From Terriglobia bacterium (GTDB lineage Bacteria; Acidobacteriota; Terriglobia; 20CM-2-55-15): a stretch of DNA of 64,000 nucleotides. Positions 1-9,086 of the stretch are shown here, piece after piece. A program made the position numbers and the translations under genes. The stretch spans positions 128,001-192,000 of the forward strand of contig CAXWPJ010000006.1 in assembly GCA_963664115.2 (NCBI GenBank), given 5' to 3'. The first letter of the stretch is position 1, and every line of letters begins with the position of its first letter. The notes beneath the pieces are model-generated. The model saw nothing but the letters and a program-made list of their open reading frames with translations. It did no database searches and had not been told where the DNA came from.

Positions 1-1226
1 CCCGTAAAGACGATCGCGATGAGGACCGGCACCATGATTCCTCCCCGCAGTCCCGTTACTCTGCTCAGAGGATTGACAAGAAACATGCCGCCGACCATGC
101 CGATGAAATTGCCGATAATTATCGTAAAGATCATTATGAAGACGACATCGACACGCGTGGTCACCATGTTCAGTCCGGTTTCCTGCCCGAGAACGAAGAG
201 TGCACTCAGGAGAATGGCCATTGAAGAACTTCCGGGTACGCCGAACGCTATCGTCGAGGCGAGCGCTCCGCCTTCCACGGCGTCGTTTGCCGCTTCAGAT
301 CCTATGACGCCTTCGATATTCCCCTTTCCGAAAGTGTCTTTGGTTTTGGAGGATTGCTTCGCATGCCCGTAGGCTATGAATGCGGCAGCAGCACTGCCCA
401 GGCCAGGAATCAAGCCCATCGTGACACCGATTGCGCTGCACCGCAGAACCAGCCACCAGTGCTTGAATGCTGATATGACTCCCTGAAAGATCTGCTTTTG
501 AGTTTCCCTGGCCGAGAGCCTGCGATGGCCTTCACCGGTCAAGGTGCCTCCTCCAACCCAGAGCTCGAACATCTCCGCCACGGCGAACAAACCGAGAATG
601 ACCGGCACGAGTTCGAGCCCGTCGCGCAACTCAAGCAATCCGAACGTAAATCGTTCCTGATTCGTTACGTTGTCGAGACCAATCATTGCCAGCAGCAATC
701 CGGCCAACGCCGCAATAAGGCTACGGGAAAGGTCCTCCTTACCCAGCACCGCCACAAACGTCAGTGCCAAAAACGCCAACACGAAAATCTCCGGTGGGCC
801 GAAGAACAATACGATCTGTTGCAACACCGGTAATAGCAGGGCCAGGGTGAAGGCGCCAAAGGTTGCGCCCAGAAAACAAGCCGTCAGAGCCGCCCCGGCT
901 GCCATGGCCCCAAGGCCCTTGTTTCTCATGGGTGGACCGTCCAGCAGGGTTGCCGCGTTCTGGCCGGTTCCCGGCGTGCTGAAAAATATGGCGGTCAGTC
1001 CACCGCCTTGAGCGACCGTTGCGTGAGCGCCGAGCAGAAATGCGATGCCGGGCGCCGGATCCAGTGAATAGAGGAAGGGGATCACCATCGCCATTGCAAA
1101 ATGGCCGCCGAGACCCGGGATCACGCCAATCATCAGCCCAAGCAGCGAACCCGCCAGCAGGTAGGGAAACACTTCGATGCTGATCGACTGTAGAAATCCG
1201 CTCAGAAGGCCGTCGACTATACCCAT
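1..1226 (-). CDS. tctA: Tripartite tricarboxylate transporter permease TctA (runs off left edge)
   Basis: Manual translation from ATG at 1226: MGIVDGLLSGFLQSISIEVFPYLLAGSLLGLMIGVIPGLGGHFAMAM...GGGLTAIFFSTPGTGQNAATLLDG...GSEAANDA...LAIAFGVPGSSSMAILL, typical TctA motifs; absent from ORF track because no stop in window. Confidence 0.88.
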   Translation of the reverse strand, partial: MGIVDGLLSGFLQSISIEVFPYLLAGSLLGLMIGVIPGLGGHFAMAMVIPFLYSLDPAPGIAFLLGAHATVAQGGGLTAIFFSTPGTGQNAATLLDGPPMRNKGLGAMAAGAALTACFLGATFGAFTLALLLPVLQQIVLFFGPPEIFVLAFLALTFVAVLGKEDLSRSLIAALAGLLLAMIGLDNVTNQERFTFGLLELRDGLELVPVILGLFAVAEMFELWVGGGTLTGEGHRRLSARETQKQIFQGVISAFKHWWLVLRCSAIGVTMGLIPGLGSAAAAFIAYGHAKQSSKTKDTFGKGNIEGVIGSEAANDAVEGGALASTIAFGVPGSSSMAILLSALFVLGQETGLNMVTTRVDVVFIMIFTIIIGNFIGMVGGMFLVNPLSRVTGLRGGIMVPVLIAIVFT

Positions 1227-1463
1227 ATTATCGCCGCTTATCCGTCAATCATCCGCCGTTCGCGACCGGTCCGCTTAGGGAAAAAGTATTGGCGAGTGTA
1301 CTCCGTGAAGCGGTGCAACTGTAGTCCTGACTTCGGCGACGGGCGCGGTCTGGTTCAGGTCAGCAGGGAATGCTGTTCAAGGTAAAGGAACGAGAGGTGT
1401 CGGTAGTGCATCAGTTTGAAATTAGACGTTAAATCCTTTCACGCCTCCGATATGCTTAGAGGC

Positions 1464-1697
1464 ATGGCAAAGAATCCCAAGACGAAGCGACCCGCCGACG
1501 TGGTCGGGAATGCCGTGCGCGTGATGCAGATCGCAACTGGTGATGCTGAAGAAGAAGAGAAGGACCCTGACGCCATTGCCCGTGGCAAGAAGGGCGGTAA
1601 GGTCCGTGCGTCGAAGCTGTCAGCCCGCAAGCGCCGTGAGATCGCCAAGAAGGCGGCAGAGGCGCGATGGGCGAAGGAGCACGCCAAAGATAATTAG
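1464..1697 (+). CDS. Small basic hypothetical protein (GKKGG..RA..L..R.EIAKKAA..RW motif), IS passenger
   Basis: MAKNPKTKRPADVVGNAVRVMQIATG...GKKGGKVRASKLSARKRREIAKKAAEARW; Lys/Arg-rich; ATG at 1464 in frame with ORF 1416. Confidence 0.75.
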   Translation: MAKNPKTKRPADVVGNAVRVMQIATGDAEEEEKDPDAIARGKKGGKVRASKLSARKRREIAKKAAEARWAKEHAKDN

Positions 1698-2800
1698 AGC
1701 GGCCGAATTTGGTCCCGGAGTTCTTTAGATTCCCTGCTGTCGGGCCTGTGCTTTCCGGAAATCGCCGTTACGTTCCTCAACCCGAATATCAGACCCTCCA
1801 CCTCATCCGTCCCGACACAGAGGTCCCGCGCTACGTCTGCATTCTTAACACCACTCTTCTTCAGGTCGCCGAAAACGCTTTCGAGCACCTGTGATGTTTC
1901 GCGTTCGATGCCTTCCGGCTCCCACGATCTACCGTGCTTGTTTAATTCAATGCAGATGCCGCGATAGTAGTAGTCGGTTATCAGCCCTAGTGTGTGGAGA
2001 CGGTGGGCTAGAAGAGAGACCGATACCTTCCAAATCTTCTTTTTTGAGGCGAGCGTCGAAACTGTTGGAGCACGCAGACGCCCAACGTTCGCCAATGCGC
2101 TCTTCTCTGGAACCAAAAACACTCCCGCGAATGTCTGGGCCTCTCTTTCAAAGGGTTGGCCTACCTGCTTGCGGTGGTGGTGGCGCAGCACGAGATGGCC
2201 CAGTTCATGAGCGGCATCAGTGCGGGAGTGCTCTGGAGTCTTGATGGTATTCAGGAACACCATCGGCACATCATCTGCCCAGAGCGAGAAGGCATCGACG
2301 TTCCTGGTCCTTTCGATCAGGGAAAACACCCGGACGCCTTTCGCTTCCAGAAGGCGAACCATATTACCAATTGGCCGCTCACCAATCCCCCAATACTGTC
2401 GCAGGACCGTCGCCGCGACAGGGGGCTTGTACATGGACAGGTCCGGGATATCTGGCTCAGGAAGGTGGTACTTCGCGTCGATCCACTTGTTGAGTTCCCA
2501 CGCAATCCCAGCTACTGAAAATGCCGAAGCCTTCTCTGCGGCAGACATCGTGCTGAGCGCACGGAATGAAGCGGATCCAAGTTTTGCGAGGTCTCCACGA
2601 TAGAAGAACGAAACTGGAAAACGTAGCACTTCGGAAAGCGACACGATCTCGCCTTCGGTGGGCTCGACCTCTCCGGTGATGAATCGGTGGAGCCGTTCGC
2701 GGCTTATTGCGGACTGCTTCGCCAGAGAAACCTTCGTGAGTCCGCGACGCATTCGCGCCAACTCCATCCGGTCCGGATTGAAGATGGTGTCAGTTGCCAC
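1694..2800 (-). CDS. XRE-family HTH fused to ImmA/IrrE (M78) zinc metallopeptidase; RmrA-like antitoxin candidate
   Basis: N-terminal HTH (ARMRRGLTKVSLAKQSAISRERLHRFITG), C-terminal AHELGH (HExxH) plus EREAQTFAGVFLVP. Confidence 0.9.
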   Translation of the reverse strand: MATDTIFNPDRMELARMRRGLTKVSLAKQSAISRERLHRFITGEVEPTEGEIVSLSEVLRFPVSFFYRGDLAKLGSASFRALSTMSAAEKASAFSVAGIAWELNKWIDAKYHLPEPDIPDLSMYKPPVAATVLRQYWGIGERPIGNMVRLLEAKGVRVFSLIERTRNVDAFSLWADDVPMVFLNTIKTPEHSRTDAAHELGHLVLRHHHRKQVGQPFEREAQTFAGVFLVPEKSALANVGRLRAPTVSTLASKKKIWKVSVSLLAHRLHTLGLITDYYYRGICIELNKHGRSWEPEGIERETSQVLESVFGDLKKSGVKNADVARDLCVGTDEVEGLIFGLRNVTAISGKHRPDSRESKELRDQIRPL

Positions 2801-3476
2801 GGCGACGAACTTCGACTATCGGCTCGACTGGCTCGTCTTCGGGTCTGGGCATCACTTCAGGACTTCCCGGAATGCGCCCGAGTATCAGCCGCTCTGACCA
2901 CGCGGTTATCTTTCCTGCTTCATCAATCTTCGTCGGATGCGAAAGTTCGGACCGGAGTTCACCGTCAACGAGGCAGTGGAGGAGAAACCACGTCAACTGG
3001 TATTTGTCCTGCCCATCGTCATCTGGGGCAAACACTTCTGCGTTGGTTTGTTCGGCGGAGTTGACGAATTCCAAGGCGGCTTGTCGATTACGGTAAACGA
3101 CGCGCCGAGTGACCAACCCCTTTCCATGTCTTGTCGTTGGCTGACGCGCCACGCTGGCGGTTCCCGTCCACTCGTCGCCGCTTGCGACAACGATAGCCAT
3201 CCTGCCGTCAGGAGCTACCAGCGTCTCGAAGTTTTTGGTCGATTCCCGAATCCAGCCGAGCGGTAGCCCGAGTTCTCGGAGGCGGCACGTCGATTCACCG
3301 TACATGACGCTGCCACGATAGGTTGCCGGATGATTCTCTGTCGTTCGTGCCCGGTCCGCCATCCCGGCCTCAAGCGCCGAGAGCAATAACTCGCCGCTAA
3401 GGGTTGACTGCAATTCGCGGAGCCGCTGCTCCACCTGTATCGGTTCCGAAATGATGATCCTTTCTATCGAACTCAC
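2790..3476 (-). CDS. Hypothetical protein coupled to the XRE-peptidase gene (putative toxin/effector)
   Basis: 228-aa ORF with SD-like AGGGGG, overlaps downstream gene start by 11 bp. Confidence 0.75.
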   Translation of the reverse strand: MSSIERIIISEPIQVEQRLRELQSTLSGELLLSALEAGMADRARTTENHPATYRGSVMYGESTCRLRELGLPLGWIRESTKNFETLVAPDGRMAIVVASGDEWTGTASVARQPTTRHGKGLVTRRVVYRNRQAALEFVNSAEQTNAEVFAPDDDGQDKYQLTWFLLHCLVDGELRSELSHPTKIDEAGKITAWSERLILGRIPGSPEVMPRPEDEPVEPIVEVRRRGN

Positions 3477-3502
3477 TTAAACCCCCTTAGTTCGGGCGGT
3501 GT

Positions 3503-3548
3503 CACATTTTCGGATCTCATTATAGATCGAGAAATGTGCATAGCTCAA
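3503..3548 (-). promoter_or_regulatory. Sigma70-like promoter for the cargo operon overlapped by an inverted repeat (likely operator)
   Basis: Minus strand TTGAGC-18-TATAAT; imperfect palindrome CACATTTTCGGATCT-cattat-AGATCGAGAAATGTG centred on the -10. Confidence 0.6.
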
Positions 3549-3595
3549 GCTCTAAACTGAGATATCCTTTGTTTTCATTAAATTGAATGAAACCA

Positions 3596-3624
3596 TTGAC
3601 AATGCTTATAGGTTTAAGCATAAT
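3596..3624 (+). promoter_or_regulatory. Transposase promoter with palindromic spacer
   Basis: TTGACA-17 bp-CATAAT; palindrome ATGCTTA-taggtt-TAAGCAT (3602-3621); ATG 7 nt after the -10, so probably leaderless. Confidence 0.7.
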
Positions 3625-3631
3625 AGTCAGT

Positions 3632-4516
3632 ATGAATAAGCTAGACACCAACGCCCGCGCTCAAATCCTTCACTTACTGTGCGAAGGAAACTCCATGCGT
3701 TCGGTCTCCAGGATCGCAAACGTGTCGTTCAATACCGTTAATAAGATCCTGATAGACTCGGGTCGCTCTTGCGCTACGTTCCATGATGAAAGAGTGCAGA
3801 ACGTAAAAGCAAGACGGGTCCAGTGCGATGAAATTTGGAGCTTCACCTACGCCAAACAGAAGAACGTCGGTACGGCTAAAAAGGCCCCTGACGGGGCTGG
3901 TGATACGTGGACGTGGACGGCGCTGGACAGCGACAGCAAGCTGATCGTGTCATGGCTGGTAGGTGGACGAGACACCGAATATGCCGCGATGTTCATGGAC
4001 GATGTTAAGAACCGTCTCGCCGGTCGCGTCCAGTTGACCACAGACGGACTTAAAGCATACCTGGTGGCAGTTGAAGGCGCTTTCGGTGCGGATGTCGATT
4101 TCGCACAACTTGTGAAGCTCTACGGCGAACCGAAGACCGCCAGTCCGGAACGCAAGTACAGCCCTTCAGAATGCACGGGTACACGATGTTACGCGCGGGA
4201 GGGACGCCCAGACCCGAAGCACATTTCAACGTCTCACGTCGAACGCCAAAATTTGACAATGCGGATGCACATGCGGCGGTTTACTCGCCTGACCAACGGA
4301 TTCTCGAAGAAGTTTGAGAATCACATGTGGATGGTTGCCTTGTACGCGGTCTATTACAACTTCCTGAAGATACATAAGACCCTGCGAGTGACGCCAGCGA
4401 TGGAAGCAGGTTTGACGGATCGAGTTTGGACGTTTGAGGATATTGTTGGGCTGATCGACGCGAACGCCCCGAAGCCGGGATCACGCGGACCATACAAGAA
4501 GCGGATTTCAAACTGA
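3632..4516 (+). CDS. IS1-family DDE transposase
   Basis: N-terminal HTH (LLCEGNSMRSVSRI), QCDEIWSF, LTTDGLKAY, VERQNLTMRMHMRRFTRLTNGFSKK; stop codon lies in the right TIR. Confidence 0.92.
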   Translation: MNKLDTNARAQILHLLCEGNSMRSVSRIANVSFNTVNKILIDSGRSCATFHDERVQNVKARRVQCDEIWSFTYAKQKNVGTAKKAPDGAGDTWTWTALDSDSKLIVSWLVGGRDTEYAAMFMDDVKNRLAGRVQLTTDGLKAYLVAVEGAFGADVDFAQLVKLYGEPKTASPERKYSPSECTGTRCYAREGRPDPKHISTSHVERQNLTMRMHMRRFTRLTNGFSKKFENHMWMVALYAVYYNFLKIHKTLRVTPAMEAGLTDRVWTFEDIVGLIDANAPKPGSRGPYKKRISN

Positions 4517-4556
4517 TGCACTACCGAGGTGTCGGGTCATTGCGGTCAGGAGACGA

Positions 4557-5645
4557 CTACAGCTCGCCTTTGATCGCCCTGACAAACAACTGCTTGATCT
4601 CATCCGGCATGACGGTTGCGTCAACAACGAATTGCCGCATCTCCTCGGCTGAAGCATAGCTGATCGGCCGTCCGGATCTTTCAGCGTCCGCTAGCAATTC
4701 GGGATCATGGAGGGCGTTGTAGAAAGCTTCACTCAAAAATTCAACTCTGTCGGGCGGCGTACCCGGGGGTGCCGCGATCGGACGTCCGACCGCATGCAGG
4801 TTTGCCCAGGCCGTGAGAATGGCCCGGGTACGCCCGGGATCAGCGGTCTGGTCGACCAATTCAGAGGTGGTGGGTACATCGGGAAGTTCTGGAATTCTTT
4901 GCTGGCCGCTCTGGAGAACAACCGTATCCCTGCCCGTGCCGACTGCATCCAGAGCGCTACCCCAGGATCCCCATGTGCCGATGATATCGCCCCTGAGCAT
5001 TGCCTGTCTCACCACAGCCGAGCTATCGAAGCCGTGGATGACATCCAGCGGGAAATCGAAGGCCTCGTTGGTAATGACGGCGTCCACATACGTGCTGCCG
5101 CCCAAGCCGGTTGCGCCGATCTTGAGCTGGCTGCCGGATTGCCATATCTCTTCAATGGATTCGAAGCCGCTATCAACGGACACGGCAAAGACCCTTGGAT
5201 CGGACACGACACGCCCGAGGAACTCAAACTCGGCGATCTCATAGTCGGCACCCTGAATCCCCGCGATTTCATTCGTTACCATGGCGCTGCCGTTAATCAT
5301 GCCGATCGTCAGGCCGTCACTGGGTGCGTTAAATAAATCGTTAACACCCCTCATGCCGCCGGCACCGGGTAGATTGACGATGTCTACACGCGCGCCGGTA
5401 TAATTTTCAATATAAGGCGCAAGGAGACGCCCATATTCATCGTATCCACCGCCAGGGATGTAAGGGACTATCCAGCGAATACTCCGGCCGTCATAAAAAG
5501 CCGCGGCACCCGTTTTGGGTTCCCCTCCGTTGTCCTCAGACTGGCAGGACGCCAATCCGCATAGAGTGAGTGCGACAATCAGGCCCAATCCCATCATCCG
5601 GTGCACGATCCTGGCATGTCCCATCGGTTTCTCCCGAAGTGTCAA
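4557..5645 (-). CDS. tctC: Tripartite tricarboxylate transporter substrate-binding lipoprotein (TctC/Bug family)
   Basis: Lipobox LASC; IRWIVPYIPGGGYDEYGR, VNLPGAGG, PELPDVPT, APPGTP motifs; true start may be a downstream Met. Confidence 0.88.
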   Translation of the reverse strand: MTLREKPMGHARIVHRMMGLGLIVALTLCGLASCQSEDNGGEPKTGAAAFYDGRSIRWIVPYIPGGGYDEYGRLLAPYIENYTGARVDIVNLPGAGGMRGVNDLFNAPSDGLTIGMINGSAMVTNEIAGIQGADYEIAEFEFLGRVVSDPRVFAVSVDSGFESIEEIWQSGSQLKIGATGLGGSTYVDAVITNEAFDFPLDVIHGFDSSAVVRQAMLRGDIIGTWGSWGSALDAVGTGRDTVVLQSGQQRIPELPDVPTTSELVDQTADPGRTRAILTAWANLHAVGRPIAAPPGTPPDRVEFLSEAFYNALHDPELLADAERSGRPISYASAEEMRQFVVDATVMPDEIKQLFVRAIKGEL

Positions 5646-5801
5646 GTGAGCTTAACGCTCCTGCGCAATTCCCGGAAAAGTATGCAGCAAGGTTTCCGTA
5701 TATTACAAGCGTGTATCGTCGATCAGAACGTTATCCATGCAATACTGATTTTTGCTATCCTCGTTTCTTTCAGCTGACGTCAGGGTTCCCCGAAAATAAC
5801 G

Positions 5802-6395
5802 ATGAAAGATCCTTCCACTAACCCAGACGCAGATCCCTCGCCCGGGAACTACCACAGTCAGAAAGATCGAATCTTTGTTCGATCGATTCGGGGTGAGTAT
5901 AACCTGAGGGAGGAACTGAAACGCCTGCGCTCGATGCCGCGAGTCCGGAAAGCCAAAAACATCAAGTTCGTCGACGGTCCGCAAACCTACAGCCGCCACT
6001 ATGTGGAACCGAAGGACGGTATCACCCAGGCGTTTCACTTGCACCTGGAGGAGTACGGACCTGGCGGCAGGTCGCAGAAGCACGGTCACGTAAACGAAGC
6101 GGCGTTTTATATTCTCGATGGGGAAGGCTATGAAATTCATGATGGCCAACGTTATGACTGGAAAGCTGGCGACATTGCGATCGTGCATAACAATTGCGTG
6201 CACCAGCACTTCAACGGGAGCGACACGAAGCCGGCGCGTGCACTGGTTATTAAGACGAAGCCGATGTTTCTGTTTATGAACATGCTGTTTCAAAAGCAGG
6301 TTGTTCCCCGTCCCAGTACCCCGGCGCCCGGTGGGGAAAACTTTTCCGCACGGGAGGAAGAAGACGACTTCAACCACCCGAAGGGCGGTTACTGA
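5802..6395 (+). CDS. Cupin domain protein
   Basis: PGGRSQKHGHVNEAAFYILDGEG ... WKAGDIAIVHNNCVHQHFN metal-binding cupin motifs. Confidence 0.85.
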   Translation: MKDPSTNPDADPSPGNYHSQKDRIFVRSIRGEYNLREELKRLRSMPRVRKAKNIKFVDGPQTYSRHYVEPKDGITQAFHLHLEEYGPGGRSQKHGHVNEAAFYILDGEGYEIHDGQRYDWKAGDIAIVHNNCVHQHFNGSDTKPARALVIKTKPMFLFMNMLFQKQVVPRPSTPAPGGENFSAREEEDDFNHPKGGY

Positions 6396-6397
6396 TC

Positions 6398-7003
6398 ATG
6401 GCCTGGGGCGAAACGTCAGTCTGGCTTGCGGGAGTTGAGAACGATGCTCTCTATCAGAAACTGCTCGACGACGCTGAATCCGCACCGGAGCGAAACGCCA
6501 AACGTAAGAAAATAATAACGCCGGCAGAGATGCCCTGGGAAATGTCTCGCCAGGGCATACTCAAACATCTGATTAATGAACAGATGAATACACGGATGGA
6601 AACGGTCGACGCCTACATGCAGATCATTCCGCCCCGAAGCCGGTCCGGCAAGCACCGCCACCTGGCGGAAGAATGCCTGTATGTTCTGGAGGGCCATGGT
6701 TATGATCTGCACCAGGACTGCGATGTGGAGATAACCGACGACTATCACTGGACGCCTCAGGAAGAGATTCAGCGCTTCGACTGGGAGGCGGGTGATGTCG
6801 TTTACATTCCACCAAACACCATCCATCAACACTTCAACGCCAACCCGGATCGTCCCGCCCGACTGATTTCGTCGATCAACCGAGTTTTTAAGCATAGCGG
6901 CTTAAACGATCTCGAACAGATCGAGGATGCCCCCGAATTTGAGCCCGGCCGCAGGCTTACACCGGAGTATGTGAGTGCATTGTTGCGAGGCGAAAAGCCT
7001 TGA
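6398..7003 (+). CDS. Cupin domain protein
   Basis: RSGKHRHLAEECLYVLEGHG ... WEAGDVVYIPPNTIHQHFN. Confidence 0.85.
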   Translation: MAWGETSVWLAGVENDALYQKLLDDAESAPERNAKRKKIITPAEMPWEMSRQGILKHLINEQMNTRMETVDAYMQIIPPRSRSGKHRHLAEECLYVLEGHGYDLHQDCDVEITDDYHWTPQEEIQRFDWEAGDVVYIPPNTIHQHFNANPDRPARLISSINRVFKHSGLNDLEQIEDAPEFEPGRRLTPEYVSALLRGEKP

Positions 7004-7112
7004 CACCCCCACACAAGCCATGTGCGCCCCGTGATGTCCGGCGGGGTGCGTCGCTGAGGATTTCCCTCTGTTAGGTGTCTACCTCGCCCTGGCCTCCGCG
7101 GCAACCTTTGGT

Positions 7113-8039
7113 TTGAACAACGCGTCGCTGCGACGTGGTGTGCTTACAGGCAGCGTTCTGCATGCCATGGCCATTACGGTACCGCTGGGCGTACCGCTTT
7201 TTGCGTTGGCCTGCCTGCTGTTTGGTGGCTTTGAAGCAATCCCCCGACTCGCACTGCCGGGTTGGTCCTGGATGGCGCTCGCAGGCGTGGTCCATTTTGT
7301 AATCGGCAGGTACGGTAACTACCGGGCCACCCGGGCCATTGGCGCAGCACTCTCAGCTCCGATACAACAACTGAGCGTGCCCGTTTCCCTGATCCTCGCC
7401 ATCGGCTTGTTGGACGAGGTCCTTACACCGCTGAAGCTTGTTGGTTTGGTCCTCGTCATGGCGGGCCCGGCCATTGCCCTCAGGCGGGGGAAGGTGTCGG
7501 ACATCGCTGGTCCAGGGTCAGCTTTTGTCCCGAGCTATAGTGAGGGCGTAATCTGGGGTTTGGTCAGCGCGTTGGGTTATGGTACGAGTCCGTTGTTAAT
7601 CATGATGGGTCTGGGCCCCGATGGCGGGCTGATCGACAGTCTGGCCGGTGGTCTCATATCGTATTCCTCAGCGGCCATCGTCGTTGCTGTTCTGGTCCTG
7701 TTCGCCGGTGGCACGTCGTACATACGGGAGCTCGATCCTACTGCGGGAAAATGGTTCCTCGCTTCCGGAATACTTGTGTTTTTCTCACAGATGTTTCGCT
7801 ACATGGCTCTTGCTGTCGCGCCGGTTTCGGTGGTCGTGCCGTTGCAGAGATTGTCGGTCGTGTTTCGCGTGATCTTCAGTTGGATCCTGAATCGGGATCA
7901 CGAGGCGCTTGGATTCCCGGTACTGGCAGGCATTGCCCTATCGGTCGTCGGTGCGCTTGCCCTCACGGTGAGTGCTGAGTTCGTGGCATCGCTCGTCGGA
8001 GCCGACTGGGCGACGAGTCTGACGGTTGAGTGGCCCTAA
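7113..8039 (+). CDS. DMT/EamA family transporter
   Basis: About 10 hydrophobic helices in two repeats; start codon uncertain. Confidence 0.75.
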   Translation: MNNASLRRGVLTGSVLHAMAITVPLGVPLFALACLLFGGFEAIPRLALPGWSWMALAGVVHFVIGRYGNYRATRAIGAALSAPIQQLSVPVSLILAIGLLDEVLTPLKLVGLVLVMAGPAIALRRGKVSDIAGPGSAFVPSYSEGVIWGLVSALGYGTSPLLIMMGLGPDGGLIDSLAGGLISYSSAAIVVAVLVLFAGGTSYIRELDPTAGKWFLASGILVFFSQMFRYMALAVAPVSVVVPLQRLSVVFRVIFSWILNRDHEALGFPVLAGIALSVVGALALTVSAEFVASLVGADWATSLTVEWP

Positions 8040-8368
8040 TTTCCCGAAGCGGAAATCTCGAGGGCCGCGGTCTCTACCGAGCCATCCGGGGAGGTTGACG
8101 TCTGGCGCCGCAGGAAGAGCGCCTGTCCTATAACACAATTCACCCATAGCATTTCGTTGGTTCTACTTGTCTCTAATTCTGCTCAGGAGATGGCATCATC
8201 TGGTATTTGCCAGGATATCGTTCAGTCGCCGTAGAAGGGGCCGAATCCACGCTTCCGGTTGGCCAGTTGTACATCCAAGTGACTGATTCAAATCACAAAA
8301 GACGTAGTTGAGGCTTCTCGTTTTTAGACCCAGGGATCTCAGTGTCCGAGAATGTCGTTTAACAGGCG

Positions 8369-8396
8369 TCGAGAATTTAATATCGAGAATTTAATA
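8369..8396. repeat. 14-bp tandem direct repeat TCGAGAATTTAATA x2
   Basis: Read directly. Confidence 0.8.
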
Positions 8397-8464
8397 GCGT
8401 CTAACTCCCTGCCTTAGTATCCTTTACCGAGTTTTTCGCGGTTTTTCAGCGACACACTTCAAAC

Positions 8465-9085
8465 ATGGAATCCGGCACCAAACTCGGCCACTACGAGATC
8501 TCAACGCCCTTAGGTAAGGGTGGAATTGGTGAAGTGTGGCGTGCGCGGGATACCAAGCTCGGGCGTGAAGTTGCGATCAAGACTCTGCCCGAGGAGTTTG
8601 CTAAGGATGCTGATCGGCTCGCACGGTTTGAACGTGAAGCCAAACTGCTTGCCTCACTAAATCATCCGAACATTGCAGCCATTCACGGGTTTGAAGAAGA
8701 CAATGGCACGCACTTCCTCGTTCTCGAACTCGTCGAAGGCGACACAGTGGCCGATCAGTTGGAGCGTGGGGAGATTCCCGTTGAGGAATCTCTCAAACGC
8801 GCATTGCAATTTGCAGAAGCACTCGAAGCTGCCCATGAGAAGGGTGTGATTCATAGGGACCTCAAACCCGCGAATATCAAAGTCACACCTGATGGCAAAG
8901 TGAAGGTGTTGGACTTTGGACTGGCGAAGGCGTTTGAAGGGGATGCTGTTGACGCAAGTGTATCGAACTCTCCGACACTCAGTCTGGCTGCGACTCAGCA
9001 GGGCATCATCCTGGGCACTGCTGCGTATATGAGTCCCGAGCAGACCCGCGCTCCAATGAAAGCGAACCTTATCCAAATGCAATAG
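8465..9085 (+). pseudogene. Truncated eukaryote-like Ser/Thr protein kinase
   Basis: GKGGIGEV, VAIK, HRDLKPAN, DFGLAK, GTAAYMSPEQ, then stop 13 aa later; subdomains IX-XI missing. Confidence 0.8.
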
Positions 9086-9086
9086 A

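Larger units (their letters stand above)
1402..4525 (+). mobile_element. IS1-family element with passenger genes (3124 bp)
   Basis: Perfect 21-bp terminal inverted repeats GGTAGTGCATCAGTTTGAAAT (1402-1422 / 4505-4525); 8-bp target duplication GAGGTGTC (1394-1401 / 4526-4533); internal DDE transposase. Confidence 0.95.
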
